From: Macrostomum lignano
Taxonomy: Eukaryota
NCBI GenBank assembly: GCA_002269645.1
Contig: NIVC01001809.1
Span: 1-64,000, forward strand
Direction of reading: 5' to 3'
DNA: 64,000 bases
Program-made: the position numbers and the translations under genes
In this document: piece after piece, positions 26,807 through 41,135 of the stretch
Numbering within the stretch: position 1 is the first letter of the stretch
How the letters are laid out: every line of letters begins with the position of its first letter
The notes under the pieces: model-generated
Seen by the model: only the letters and a program-made list of their open reading frames with translations
What the model was told of the DNA's origin: nothing
Database searches by the model: none

Positions 26807-29800
26807 ATGGATTCAAGAGCAAAATCTGCAGACAGTAGGACTGCACAGCAAGACACTGCCTTGCAAAGTGAGTACAATTTAAAGAGAATATTTTCGAATA
26901 TTGCAATTTTTTCTTTATTACTTGCTTGTTCCAGGATCTAACTATAGCCCTTTTTTATTTCGTTGTCTTTTTTTAAGAGAAACAACACTTCCAAAGCTAA
27001 AACATAATTAGGTGACACGGCAGTAATCCACTATTATGCATTTTCATTTATTCCATTGAACTTTTTTAATCGTTTTTTGACGGCGGTTTGTCAAAGTTGA
27101 GTTTACAAAGCAAAATTTCCATGCAGAATAGCTGTTTAGCACAACTGTGTGTGTCTAAAACAAATGTGCTTTTTTACTGTCTGCCACTCGCTTAATTGCG
27201 GCTCCTTGAATACTTAGTTGCTAGTGCTCAGCTGCCACCTGATTGATTAATAACAGCTGTTCGTCTGTTTTGTGTGCGTGTGTTTTTCCCTAATCGTTTA
27301 ATGCACCTTTCTACTAGATGTTGGTGAGAAGTGCGCTATCGTCGTCATATCACTAAATTTCAATATTCAATATTGAATCAGTTATGTTCGACCACTTCTC
27401 ATCAACTCTGAATCTGATCTAACCAATCCTGTGTGTGCTTTTGGAACTGCTGTTTATTTTATTTTAATTTTCCTCGCTAACACCTCCCTGCCACCTATAT
27501 TTATTGATGTAGTGTCTGGCACCTACCTGACTTATATAAACTTGCTTATTTTGAGTCATATATTTATTAAGACGCTGATATCTTCAATATATCCCAATGG
27601 GGAAATTCCTGTAGTCTTGAATGTCACTTACTTCAACAATTATTAATTAGCATATTTAATTTATGGTCACGGTTTCCTTAAATTACTTTCTCGTATAAAA
27701 TTGATTCAAAAATGTTTGTTAGGGAGGTAACATTTATGATGATAAATGATAAATTTAGGATTCAAGTAGGTTATATTGGATATACCTATCATATTCTTAA
27801 GCTCTTCATCTTTATCTAATCTTATTATTATTATATTATTATTAATATATAAATTCTATTCTGCTATGCATGCTGCATGCAACTTGATTTATGTTCATTA
27901 TTTTCCCGATTCGAGAACTTATGCGGAGCTATATATTTGAGTTAATAATCAATTAATAATCTGATATTTAAAATTTGAGCTTTATCTGCTACTTATTCAA
28001 CTAAAATTTATTCAACTTTGCTACAAAACTATTTAGAGAGAATACATGTATATCTGTATTTATAGTATGTTATAATTATAATAGGTTCAGTACTAGAAGT
28101 AGTGCTACATACATGTAGCTATTAGCTAAAACAGTTCACATATTATAATATAAACTACTCAAAGTAGTTCGTCATCTACGATTTAAAAGGTATTATATAA
28201 AAACTAAGCAATAATTTCTCAGAGCAGTGATCGAAATTAACCTGCCTTGCCCCCTGGCTACTCCCCTCTCCTCTCGCTCTTCAGATTTTATAAAACTTTT
28301 GTTTTCAGACACTGCAACTCAGTAATGTTTGAATTTCTAATTTAAAAATTGTTAAATGTTTTGTTATTAACTAAATTTTAACATTGTGAAAAACACTACA
28401 GCACTGCTGTATACCAGCATGACCTTTGTATACCAATGAGCCTTTCTATGATCAGCTAGTTCAAGACTCAATGACTCAGCTAGGAATTAGTTAGCTTTAT
28501 AATAATATCAATTTGCGGGTTCCTATCCAATAGCACCTTTGTTAATTGAATGGATGTTAGATTAACCTTCATATTTCGGTTGTTTGTGGCCTTTGCACAC
28601 CTCTAATTATTAGTGTTATTAAATTCTTAGCTTCATTAATGATGAGAATGGAGCCGCTTAGTGCTTTGCGTGCGCACCTGCTACGTTAACTGTTAGTTAA
28701 ATCGCATGCATTTAAACTTGGTTGCCCATGCAAACAGGTAGCTGCTAAACTGTGTTATGTTGTGCTTATCTCATGAGTTTAAATCTGGCTAATTTCGACT
28801 AAACTAAACTTGAAAAGAAAACAGATCATAATAATTATCTCAATTAGCTGTTGTGGCCCCACCCTGCTCAGGTGATTTCTAATTGAATAAATAATCAACA
28901 GAATTACATAATTTAATCTATCGATTAGTTATAAAAGATATTTGTTATCTACTAATAATACTTTCTATTCAGTTTGCATGGTCGGAGTTGATGTTCCTCT
29001 CTCTTTACTGATAGTAGTCTTTAATAAATGGAAGCGGTTCTCTTTAAATTTACACGGATAATCAAATTTCATATCATTCAACGACATTAAAACTTATTTA
29101 TTTAGTTAACTAATTAATCTTTCGCTTCTAATGTTGTGTGCGCACCTGTGGCTTGCTTTATCTGTTAACTTATAACGCGGCACGAAAGCATTGACAACAA
29201 TTTACCAAAATAAAGGAAAATAAAATTGGAACTTTATGAGAAAAACTACTGCCTCTATATTGCATTGCCACACACACACAATTGCAGCAGAGAAAGTGTG
29301 TTTACCAACATTGGTATGACAATTTTATAAATTTCAATTATATTTAGAACCAATTCATAACTCAACCAGACGGATTTTGCTTGCGATCTTGCACTGGCGG
29401 CGGCCGCTTACTTCTTAATAATTAATTAATAACAATAATTTGCTAACCAGTTTGCGTGTGTTCAATATTGTCAATAATTTTATCCTATTATTTCACGCAG
29501 AGGGGTTGGCACCATCTCCTCTCCTCTCTCCTCTCTAGCTCCCCTCTCTCCTCTTCTTTCCCCTCTTCTATTCTTTCTCCTTTCCACTCTCATCTGACCT
29601 GCAGCCAAGAGCTACATTCTTTATCTAGCCCATTAATTGAAAAGTTTGCCAATCCCCGATTTAGCTAGTTGATTCCGAAATTTCTGAGCGAATCTATCAC
29701 ACCATCAAGTATCAGTGACTAATTATTACCGCTTGAGCATGCTTTTAAATTAGACGAATCTGCACTCTGTGTTTTGGTTTTTGCTTCTTGCTACTCAGCT

Positions 29801-32800
29801 TAGCAAATCTGTCCGGCCTTCGAACTTCTCCTTCGGTCACACTGCGTCTTTTGCAGTTTTATAGCGCTTTGACACTTTCACAAATCAGAAATTAACGATC
29901 GAAAAAGTCAAGGCTAAGATGTTATAAGTGGATTCTGGTCGATATTCTTGCTAATAACAGTCCTTGCCAACTCAACCAAATCGATTGTAGATTTGATTTA
30001 AAATTCATTTACACAAACAGAGCAGAACGTAAGTAATTGCACTACTGACTTTGTTGAATGCAACCGGCACCTTTGTTTTATCGAAGGAGAGTCGCATTGA
30101 TTTATTGATTGATTGATAAAGTCAGGGCCGCATTAGCCTTTATTCGTTGCGTTCCTTTTCTCTAACTGCTGGCAAACTAATAATAATTATGCCAAAATCA
30201 TCTCGGTGGCAATGTGTTATTAATCCTTAGCCTAATGTTGTGATTCATCAGAATGAGCTTGTTTTAATAGGCAGTCGGCCTTTCTTGCCTTACTATCCAA
30301 TATTTGTCTTCTGCTACTCTATAACTGTGTTTTTTATATATTTCTTCAACTTTTTTCTTCTGTCTGATTCGCTTCAGTTGCTACTTGCTAGCGAGTAGCA
30401 TTAGTAGTATAGTGCAAATCCTAATTAACAATACCAACTAATAAATAATTAAACTGCTATGGGCCCCGCGTCTTTTGGCAAGGCTGTTTTTTTCAATTCA
30501 AACAGACAGACAGTTGAATGCATTTTGTTTAAAGGAAAGCATAATAAAATTGAATGTTTTACTACAGCACAATCAACCCTCCCGCAATTTCTATTTCTGT
30601 AGATTTGGATCACAGCGCTACATCATAATTTTTATACCCCCCCCATTGATATGTGCCGGTGTTTATAGCCTGTGTTCTTTTAAACAAGCGCTTGTTTTCT
30701 ATTTTAAACTATAATAATAATAATTAATTACATTAGTGATGACACCACCTGTCCATCGTTGGAGTCACCCAGTAAAAGGTGTCAAATTGTTCCCTAATCA
30801 GTCTCTCTTCCACACCTTTGTCTATCTATAACTCTGTCAGTGTCACTCACGCCCACCTAACACGGGCCTCAGAACTTTGTCTGCAAGCACTCGCTAAACT
30901 TAATTTAATTAGCATTAGCATTAATTAGCTAACTTAATAATTCATTATTTGTGTTTCTGTTGCCAAACTGCGAGGCAAGGTTTGTTATACGCTTTTTTGT
31001 TGTGGTTGGCGGTAATTCAAAGCTTACTATTTATCATTTTCAATGCTTCTTTTCTTCTGTTCTCTAAAAGGACCCGTCATCTACAACAGGTATGAAATGC
31101 AAGGAGTGTCTGAATGCTAATTTATGCACCTACCCGTGCCTAGCGCTAATTCCTTTGTGTTTAATTCAGTTTTTAATATCTCTGCAACCTCCTCCCCCTT
31201 ACTGGCAGTCGATAACCAATGTGATAGGGCTGTGCAATACTCAGTGCATGCTTGATAAAACTGTTGCAATGGTTTGTTATTTACTATCATAATTAAATCA
31301 ACTGATTTCTATTTGTTTTCAGTCAATTCAAAATTGCCGAGGTAACTTCAACTGTTCACAACCACCCTCAGCTAATCGTTGACTCTTGCTATTATTGATT
31401 GGGAGTTTATTTTCCAGTTTATTTTTTCAGAGATTTTTTTATCCAAATGACGCACTAATTAATTGAGCTAGCGGAGAAACTGGGCTTTGGCAGTATTTAG
31501 ACTTAATTACCATTAGGTATTAGGTAGGCTGTGTCGGTTATTTTATTAAACACTTCATTCTTTGTCTGCTCGCCTTACACCCTGCGCCTCCCGCCCTCCC
31601 CCTCTTCTCCCTTCTCTCCTGCGCAATGTCAATCACAGGTCGGCCGGCATCAAATGCTTTGTCCAGCTCGTCACCTCGGGACAGCCCGGCCTATGACAGC
31701 GTGGAGCTGCCGCCTGAGTGAGTGGCTTGCGGTTCTTGTGCTGACTGGCTTGTTGTTTGCCCCCTGCCTCCGCCGCTCTCTCCCTGCCTCAGCTGCTCTC
31801 TTCCTGCCCCCGCTGCTCTCTCCCTGCCTCAGCTGCCCTCTCCCCCCCCGCTGCTCTCTCCCTGCCCCCGCTGCTCTCTCCCTGCCCCAGCTGCTCTCTC
31901 CCTGCCCCCGCTGCTCTCTCCCTGCCCCCGCTGCTCCCTGCCCCAGCTGCTCTCTCCCTGCCCCGCTGCTCTCTCCCTGCCCCCGCTGCTCTCTCCCTGC
32001 CCCGCTGCTCTCCCTGCCCCGCTGCTCTCTCCCTGCCCCCGCTGCTCCCTGCCCCAGCTGCTCTCTCCCTGCCCCCGCTGCTCTCTCCCTGCCCCCGCTG
32101 CTCTCCCTGCCCCCGCTGCTCTCCCTGCCCCGCTGCTCTCTCCCTGCCCCCACTGCTCTCTCCCTGCCCCCGCTGCTCTCTCCCTGCCTCAGCTGCTCTC
32201 TCCCTGCCCCAGCTGCTCTCTCCCTGCCTCAGCTGCTCTCTCCCTGCCCCAGCTGCTCTCTCCCTGCCCCAGCTGCTCTCTCCCTGCCCCCGCTGCTCTC
32301 TCCCTGCCCTCTCCCTGTTTTAGCTGCTCTCCCTGTCAAATATCACCCTCTCCTCGCGGCAATCCCTCAGCTTCGAGCAGCAGGCCAAGAAGCAGTCGGA
32401 CAGCGGCGGTCAGTCGGCAGCAGCCCAGGACAGCAGCGGCATCGGCAGCCGTCGCCAGCAGCTGCAGCAGCGCATTGAAGATCGCCAGAAGCCATACCCG
32501 GTTCTGGCCAGCGATGGCAACAGCGAAATCGAATGGCCTCACGATCTACTCAAACTGACTCGGGCTTCGCCGCCTCTCATATTCAGCTCGGCCAGAGCCC
32601 CGGCGGATAAATCGGTCAATTCTACCACCGCACCTACTACTAGCACGAGTAGTAAGAAAAAGAAAAAGAAAACTCCGTCCACCACTGCTTCTGCGCAGAA
32701 GAACAGCGGCTCGAAATCTTCGTCTACTGTCATGACAACTAGGAGTAGAAGCAGGCAGCAGCAAGATGAAGAACAGGTTAGCTGAGTATTTGTTTGCTTT

Positions 32801-34982
32801 TTATACTAACTTTTAATGAGTAGTTTCTTTATTTCTATGAGGGCACAATTTACAAACTGGAATCTGCCCAGTGTCTTTTAAGGAATTTCAATGATGTCTT
32901 TTAAAGAATCTCCCCAATAAACATTTAGAATCTTCCCCAATGTCCTTTAAAGAATATTCCCCAATGTCCTTTAAAGAATCTTCCCCAATGTCCTTTTAAG
33001 AACTTTCCTCAATGTCCATTACAGAATTTCCCCCAATGCCCTATGAGAATCCCTCCACCAATGTCCTATGAGAATCTCCCCCAATGCCCTTTGAGAATCT
33101 CCCCCAATGCCCTAGGAGAATCTTCCCAATGCCCTATGAGAATCTTCCCAATGCCCTATGAGAATCTTCCCAATGCCCTTTGAGAATCTCCCCAATGCCC
33201 TATGAGAATCTCCCCAATGCCCTATGAGAATCTTCCCAGTGCCCTATGAGAATCTTCCCAATGCCCTATGAGAATCTTCCCAATGCCCTATGAGAATCTT
33301 CCCAATGCCCTATGAGAATCTCCACCCACCAACCAATTGCCAGGACCAGCTGGAGCAGCAGCAGCTCAAACGCAAGCGCAGCAAAAGCAGCAAAAGCGAC
33401 TCAAGCAAGAAGCGCCGCCGACGCGACTCCTCGGCCGCCTCGAAGAAGGCTCTGTCAGTCTCTAGCGAAAGCAAAAGCAAAAGCAAAGCCAAGAAAAAGA
33501 AGAAAAAGAAGACGGCTGAAAGCAATAAAAAGAAGCAAAAGCAGCAGGTGGGAGCGGCTGGCAAGACTGCCGCCGTTCGAGTCAACCCGGGCGAATGGGA
33601 GCAGGACGATGACAACAATGATGATGGAGATGACGATGCAGATGAGGAGGCTGAGGTGCTGAGAGCCGGTCTGGACCTGGCCAGCATCCCCCGGCCCGCG
33701 GACAGCCCCACCCCCCTGTCCCAGGTACCAATGCCACCTGGGGATGGACCGGGACCGGTTAGCCTGACCGAGATCCCCATGCCAGCTAGCGAGCCGCAGG
33801 CCGTCAGCGATATCCCTGTGCCGCAGGCGCCTCCGCCGGATATTCCTTTGCCAAGCGATAAGCCGGCTGTATCGGCTGTGCCGCCGCCGCCGCTGCCGCC
33901 TTCGCCGAAGCCTTCGCCAGCTGTGCAGCAGCCACCGCAGCAGCAGCAGCCGCAACAGCCAATGACAATGGTGGTAGTTGCTGGTAAAGCTACCCAGGCC
34001 AAGATCTTGCCAATGAATGTATCTTCTGTATCTGCATCGGCTAATCCATCGGCTAATCCTTCGGCTAGCGTCGCTAATCCAACCGCTGGTAGCGGCAGCA
34101 GCGGCTTTGAAGTTGTCACCAACTCGTTCGGGAAATTCGGTCCAAAGAAGCAGCCGACAGCGGCCCAGCAGCAGCAGCAGCAGCAACAGACAAACGAACC
34201 AGTCGCCGCTGTGAAGCCGGAAGCCGGCGGCATTTCCGGTGGCCTCGGCCTAGTCGACTACAAAGACTCGGATCACGAGGATAAAGACGACGACAGTTCG
34301 AACCGTTCGCCAAAGCCGAAACGAGTGAAAGGTACGGAGAAGAGCACCTGGGAGACTTCAGACGAGGATGAGGATGAAGCTGAGGCACCATCGGGAAAGC
34401 CGGCTGGCGACCAGCAGCAGCAGCAGCAGCAACAACAGCCAGAGCCCTCTGTGAAAGCCGCTGTTCCAACTACTGCTGCTGCTGCTGCTCCTGGAAGCGG
34501 AAACGGCAATAATAGCAGCAATAACAACAACAATAACGGGGCTCATGCATCGTCTCAACAGCAGCAGCAGCAGCAGTCAGGACGCCAATCCTCCCAGCAG
34601 CGTCGGTCGAGATCCCGCGGCGGTGGCGGTGGCGGCAGCGGACGCCGCGGCGGTTCCCGTCGACGCTCGTCTCGTTCGCCACGCGGCGGTGGCGGCGGCG
34701 GTCGCAGCGGCAGGCGAGGCGGCCGATACTCAACGTCGCGATCCCGATCGAGGTCCCGCTCTAGCAGGTCCCGATCTAGCAGGTCCCGATCCAGCCGCAG
34801 CCGAAGCCGGTCGTACACCTCGCGATCGTACAGCACGTCCACCTACTCCAGATCCTACTCATCCGGCTCGTCTTACACCTCTTATAGCGACGACAGTCGC
34901 GGCCGGTCCTACAGCCGGTCGAGGTCCCGGACTCGATCCCGGTCGAGATCGCGCGGTCGCGGCAGGCATCGGAGACCGTCGG

Positions 34983-35013
<31 letters not shown>

Positions 35014-36849
35014 GCAGTATCGCAGCTCCAGGCGGAGGCGGACGCCCCGAAACGGAGGCGGCCGCGGCGGAGGCGGCGCCAGCGCCAGCCGGTCAGGGGG
35101 CGGCGGCGGTGGTAAATCTGCAGCCGCGGTGTACAAGTCGCGTCTGCCGCCAGTGGCTAAGCCGAGGCCGCAGCAGCAGCAGCAGCAGCAAAAGAAAAAA
35201 GGCCAGCAGCAGCAAGGCGGCAGAGGCGGAGACAAGGGCCGGGACCAGCCGGTGTTCGGGCCGCACCTTCCCGGTGGCAACGGCCGCGGCAGCCGGTCTG
35301 GCGGCGGCGACTCGTGGCGCTCGGCCGCTGGCCAGCAGGACTTCCACGGCGGCAGGGCTGGCGGCGGCAAAGGCGGAGGCGGCGGCAGGTCGAAGAGCGG
35401 CGGAGGCCACCGCGGCGCTGGAGGCGGCGGCAGCGGCAGCTCGGACGCGGCGTACATCGGGCCGCAGGTGCCGGAGGAGATGGCGGAGCGCCTGGGCCTT
35501 GGCGGCGCTGCCAAGTCGCCAAACTCGACGGAATCGGCGACCGCTCAGCAGCGAGCGATGCAGCCGCCCTATTCGACAAAGGAGCAGCAGCAGTATCAGG
35601 AGCTGATGAAGCGGGCTCAGGAGCACGCCAGGCTGCAGGCGGCTGCTGCGGCGGGTGGCAATTCGTCAGCCTCGCCGGCTGCTGATGCCGCCCCCGCCGC
35701 CGCTGCCGCCGGCGCTGATCAGCTTCCGCGAGCGACTTCCGCCGCGATGTCGCCCGCGATGATGCTAGGCCAGCTGCAGCATCCGCAGCATCATCTGCAG
35801 CATCCGCAGCAGCATCAGCCAGCTGCAGCTGTTGTTCAGCAGGCGGCAGCCGGCGCCGTTGACCCGGCCGTGGCCTACTCAATGGCCGCCGCTGCTGCCG
35901 CGGCTGCTGCCGCAGGCGCCGGGATGCCGTCTCTGGCCAACATCGGCGGTGTCGGCGTCAGCGGCTCCGGTGGCGTCGTTGGCGCCGCGCTGCCGCACCA
36001 TCTGGGCCTGCCGTCATCTGCTGCAGGCGCCGCCGCTGCGCCGTTCCTGCACGCCGCCCAGCTTGCCCAGCACCATCATCACCTGCAGCAGCAGCAGCAA
36101 CAGCAGCACCTTCAGCACCAGCAGCACCTTCAGCACCAGCAGCACCTTCAGCACCAGCAAGCTCTTCACGGGCACCATCTGGCTCAGCAGCATCAGCAGC
36201 ATCATCAGCCTGGCTTGCATCATCACCTACCTATGGGTGGTGGCCAACAGCACCTGCAGCATCTCATTATGCAACATCAGGTTCGTATCTCAAACTCACA
36301 CTTATAGTGTTATTGTAGAATTGTAGATTTAATTTCCCTGTGAAACCTGTCTACTCAATTTTCCTTCCTTCACTGATAATTTCAGGCTGCCATGGCCGCT
36401 GCTGCTGCAGCGGCAGCTTCAAGCGCGAGCAGCGTCACAGCGCCGCCGCAGCCTTCAACAACACCGGTAAGTGCAGCTCCGGCTGCCGCTGCAACACCCG
36501 GCAGCATCGCGTCGGCGCCAACTGGCGCAGCGACTCCGGCGCCGGCAGCTGGCGATGCGGCGGCGGCGGCTGGCGGCGCTCCAGGCGCGACCAGTTCTGC
36601 AGCAGCGGCATCGGCGCCGCCACCAGCTTCTGCTACGCCGGCGACAACACCGGGCCCCGAGGCGGCCGCTGGTCAGCCGACACCCGCGGCAGCTCCTGGG
36701 CCTCAACAGCCTCAGCAGCCGCAGCAACCGCCGCAAGCCGCCGCACTGGCAGCCGCCGCAGCTGCCGCGGCAGCCTCCGGCAGCGCCCCGACAACTTCAG
36801 CAGCGCACGCATTGCAGTCGCTGCATTTCCTGCAGCTCCAGGCCGCCTT

Positions 36850-36880
<31 letters not shown>

Positions 36881-37327
36881 CAGACGGTGGCTGCCACCAC
36901 CCAGGCGCTGCACCTGGCTGCAGCTGGCGGTCTGCAGCATCAAGCGCAGTTCCTCCAGCACGGCCAGCTGCTTCGCTTCCTGCCGCCCGGCCTCGCCACC
37001 TCCGCCGCCGGCTCCGCAGGCGCTCCCAACCCCTTCTTGGCCATGCAGCAGAACCTGCTGCTTCAACAGCAGGCCGCTGCTGCTGCTGGGCCCAGCGGCT
37101 TCCTTCAGCAGCACCTGCTGGCTGCCCAATCAGCCTCCGGTTTTCAACGCTTTTTGACGCCGGCAGCGCTGAACCCGCTGGCCGCTGCGCAGCACCTGGC
37201 GGCTGCCACCAGCCAGGCCGCGGCCGCCGCCACAGGGCCGGTGATCATCAACGGCCAGCTGTTCATGCGGGCTCCAGCCGGTGCCGCTTCGGCTGCTAAT
37301 CCCCTGTTTCTGCAGCGGAATGGCTGA
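26807..37327 (+). CDS. RS-, Gln- and His/Ala-rich nuclear protein, GPATCH8/ZNF804-family-like (~1474 aa in this model)
   Basis: Exons 26807..26867 (tentative), 31639..31717, 32371..32776, 33344..36280 and 36386..37327 join in frame through GT-AG sites (phases 1, 2, 0, 0). Motif PYPVLASDGNSEIEWPHDLLKLTRASPPLIFS resembles the conserved GPATCH8/ZNF804 block as recalled. Also poly-K, an RS domain, FGPHLP/IGPQVP motifs and a His/Ala/Gln-rich C-terminus. The gene is well supported from 31639 onward; family call is moderate. Confidence 0.75.
31750..32330. repeat. Intronic C-rich ~20-bp minisatellite (CTGCTCTCTCCCTGCCCCCG)n
   Basis: Fills the intron between exons 31639..31717 and 32371..32776. Confidence 0.9.
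32900..33322. repeat. Intronic 22-bp minisatellite (CCCAATGCCCTATGAGAATCTT)n
   Basis: Degenerate at the 5' end and homogeneous toward the acceptor at 33343. Confidence 0.9.
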
Positions 37328-37827
37328 GACAGTCTCTGGCAATATAGCTGACTCGCTTACTGAAGCTGGGGGGGAGGGGGGTTAAAGAGGAGCCAACTTG
37401 CTGTTTTATAGACAGATAAATAGCTAAGACCGAAAAATGGAATTTCGAAATGTTGTAATTGTGAATAAAAAATCAATTTCAGTGAAAAACCGATACGATT
37501 GAGAGACAGTGCTTGGGTAAGTTATTATATTAATAAGTATTTTTTAGACCAATCTCTCAATCGTTTTGTGTTCACTAATTGATTTTTTAAATATTTTTGC
37601 GGGAAATTCTGCATTAAAATACGAAGGGTATACTACAAATACTAAAATGAACTCAATTGACAAGTCACTTGCAATTAAAGTTTTAAAACAGTTGAGCGTT
37701 TGCTCTGTTTTCAGTAGTTTATCTGCGCAGTGTCACTTGAATTTAATGTGCCAGCTAAAACTTCCTCTCCTTCTCGCGGGGTTTGTGATTAATTACCAGC
37801 AAGCATTTATCTCGGTGTGCACAAGTG

Positions 37828-38062
37828 CTCAATCCGGCTAAGTCGGATGAGAGATGAGAGAGCGGTAAGGAGAAAAGTCAAGGTCAGACAGGCCCAATCC
37901 GGCTCAGCCAATGAGAGAGCGGTAAGGAGAAAAGTCAAGGTCAGACAGGCCCAATCCGGCTCAGCCAATGAGAGAGCGGTAAGGAGAAAAGTCAAGGTCA
38001 GACAGGCCCAATCCGGCTCAGCCAATGAGAGAGCGGTAAGGAGAGAAGTCAAAGTCAGACAC
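37828..38062. repeat. 57-bp tandem repeat, ~4 copies
   Basis: AGCGGTAAGG recurs at 37861, 37918, 37975 and 38032. Confidence 0.9.
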
Positions 38063-39688
38063 AAGCTCCAAACTGTTTAGGGGCTGGGGCGCCACCCTTT
38101 TATCTTTTGCTCGCTATGCAAACGCTATTTTGCTACTGAAAAGTAGAGTAGATAATGCATTATTTGGGAGTGGCATCAAAGTTATTCTAGTATATGTGCT
38201 TTAGTATAAGAACAGCATGTTGATGTCATATCGTTAATAATAAAGCATATTTATGCTTGCAATCACAGATTTGTTCAAGTCAACTTTTGGCCCCGATGAG
38301 ATGCCAAAAGTTCAATTGATGCCTCCGCTTTTTTGAGTAGTATGTTGTGCTCCGTTTACAAAATGTAGCGCTGCTTGTTGATTACTTGACAGTTGCTGTT
38401 AACTTTGAAGGCATAGTTTCAATTTAATGTGTGCTGGTTTTTTATTTCACCTAACTTGTGGTTTTACTTATTGATAATTTAAACTGTCCTGCCGAACAAA
38501 CATTATGTAGGCAACTAGCAGACTAAAATTTAGAGAAAGAGTAGAAAAGATTCACATCCTGTTGTGCTTGCTCTGTTACTTTCACTTCACCATCACCTAA
38601 TTATCCTCTTTACTCTTCTGTGTTCCGTTTAATAAATATGCTAATTCCTCTCGTTTATTATTTAATAATTTGTGCTTGGTTTGTGTGAACTCTTCCTGAA
38701 ATTTGCAATAATAAATCTAAACTAAATTAATTTATTTGCACCCATACATACCGCTTGTGAGTAGTAAGCTCAGCGCAGGGAGGCTTTTTTCAGGCGCCAT
38801 CATATATAATAGGGTGCCATTGTCTGTTTACTACAGTGTACAGATGTGATTTGATTGGCTGTCTGTTTTGCTTGTCAGTAAGTGCATAGTGTGACCCCAA
38901 GTACGGCTTTGCGCTCTCGCTACGAGCCTATAAATACAAATTATTAATAAATTTGTCGCTTATACAATATGAATACCTTAGTAGTTGTTCTAAAATTACA
39001 GTCACACTCATAAAAAATTGAAATTTATTTCAGACTGTCTATTTATTGTCTTCTGTTTATTTCTTATTTATTATTCAGCCCCATGTATCCTGAGCACAGA
39101 CAAGCGCGCCAATACTGTACGCTAGGTGGCTACTAGATTATGGTCCTCCTGGGTGTGGATTATCGATAAATACGGAATCGAACCTCGGACTTGTTGGGCT
39201 CGAGAGTCGGGTGCATTTACCGCTCAGCTGCTCTGCCTCGTGCTTAGGCGGGGGAATGGCTTCCGTAATAAAGAACTTGATGATTGCCTGTACCTGTGCT
39301 CTGCTGTCCAGCTTCTCCATGACTGCTCAAAAGTGCTGTCGATCGTTGCATACATTTATCACCTGCAATGAAGAGCAGCGATTGAGCTCCTCCTCAAATG
39401 GATCCTCAAAACTAGAGAAAAAAGAGTTATTTCATTGCTCCGGTAGTCTTTCCTTAATAATTAGTAATAATTTAGTAGCTTATCTTAATACTCGTATAAA
39501 ATCGGCATTATTTTCCTGCTTTGTTTACTTGGTTCGGCACTTTGTTGAGCAGATAGAGACTCCAGCTACATGGCTACGGGCCAGGCTGGAGTGAAAAGGA
39601 GAGGGTGAGATGACGGATAAGAAGGAGAGGCAAAGAGATGGGATGTTGAAAAATATAGAAGAGGAGAGAGAGTAATGAAGATGCTAAG

Positions 39689-40742
39689 ATTCCAGTGACA
39701 CTAGTGCTCAGATTCCAGTGAAACTAGTTCTCAGATTCAATTGACACTAGTGCTCAGCTTCCAGTGAAACTCGTGCTCAGATTCCAGTGAACTAGTGCTC
39801 AGATTCAATTGACACTAGTGCTCAGATTCCAGTGAACTAGTGCTCAGATTCCAGTGAACTAGTGCTCAGATTCCAGTGAAACTAGTGCTCAGATTCCAGT
39901 GAAACTAGTTCTCAGATTCCAGTGAAACTAGTGCTCAGATTCCAGTGAAACTAGTTCTCAGATTCAATTGACACTAGTGCTCAGCTTCCAGTGACACTAG
40001 TGCTCAGATTCAATTGACACTAGTGCTCAGCTTCCAGTGAAACTCGTGCTCAGATTCAATTGACACTAGTGCTCAGATTCCAGTGAAACTCGTGCTCAGA
40101 TTCCAGTGAACTAGTGCTCAGATTCCAGTGAACTAGTGCTCAGATTCCAGTGAACTAGTGCTCAGATTCCAGTGAACTAGTGCTCAGATTCCAGTGACAC
40201 TAGTGCTCAGCTTCCAGTGAAACTAGTTCTCAGATTCAATTGACACTAGTGCTCAGCTTCCAGTGACACTAGTGCTCAGATTCAATTGACACTAGTGCTC
40301 AGCTTCCAGTGAAACTCGTGCTCAGATTCAATTGACACTAGTGCTCAGATTCCAGTGAACTAGTGCTCAGATTCCAGTGAAACTAGTGCTCAGATTCCAG
40401 TGAAACTAGTTCTCAGATTCCAGTGAAACTAGTGCTCAGATTCCAGTGAAACTAGTGCTCAGATTCCAGTGAAACTAGTTCTCAGATTCAATTGACACTA
40501 GTGCTCAGCTTCCAGTGACACTAGTGCTCAGATTCAATTGACACTAGTGCTCAGCTTCCAGTGAAACTCGTGCTCAGATTCAATTGACACTAGTGCTCAG
40601 ATTCCAGTGAAACTCGTGCTCAGATTCCAGTGAACTAGTGCTCAGATTCCAGTGAACTAGTGCTCAGATTCCAGTGAAACTAGTGCTCAGATTCCAGTGA
40701 AACTCGTGCTCAGTTTTCAGTGACACTAGTGCTCAGCTTCCA
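39689..40742. repeat. 22/23-bp minisatellite (ATTCCAGTGAAACTAGTGCTCAG)n
   Basis: About 46 units, with variants ATTCAATTGACACTAGTG and CTTCCAGTGAAACTCGTG. Confidence 0.95.
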
Positions 40743-41135
40743 ATAAAATTCGTGTCAGTTGTGAAGAATTTGGTCAACTTTAAAACGAGAACGAGATAGC
40801 CAAATTTGGGTTTGCTATTCCGAAATTATGGAGAATTTTGAGCAGACAGTCAGCTCATTGAATCCTAAAGACCTGGAAGTGACACTGTCCAATGGGGGTG
40901 ATCCACCTCAGGCCGATCCTAACTCACCAAACAAGGCAGCCCATAAGGCAGCCCATTCCATTTTCCATACGCTTCTCAGTACCAACTCGTTAATACAGCG
41001 CTGAAAAAGCCATTTCCCTGTTTTTTTTAATTATTGTAACAAAATACGACTACTTTCATCGCAAGTTTGCATGAGGCTTTTTATAAGTAAGACTAATAAG
41101 TGAACATAAAGTGTTTTTAACCAAAATTACCACAG

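Noticed and set aside
31531-32558. Pro/Cys/Leu-rich ORFs
   Set aside because: Translation of the intronic C-rich minisatellite; the true exon phases bypass it.
33310-37342. Many overlapping antisense and alternate-frame ORFs
   Set aside because: By-products of GC-rich, low-complexity exons of the GPATCH8-like gene.
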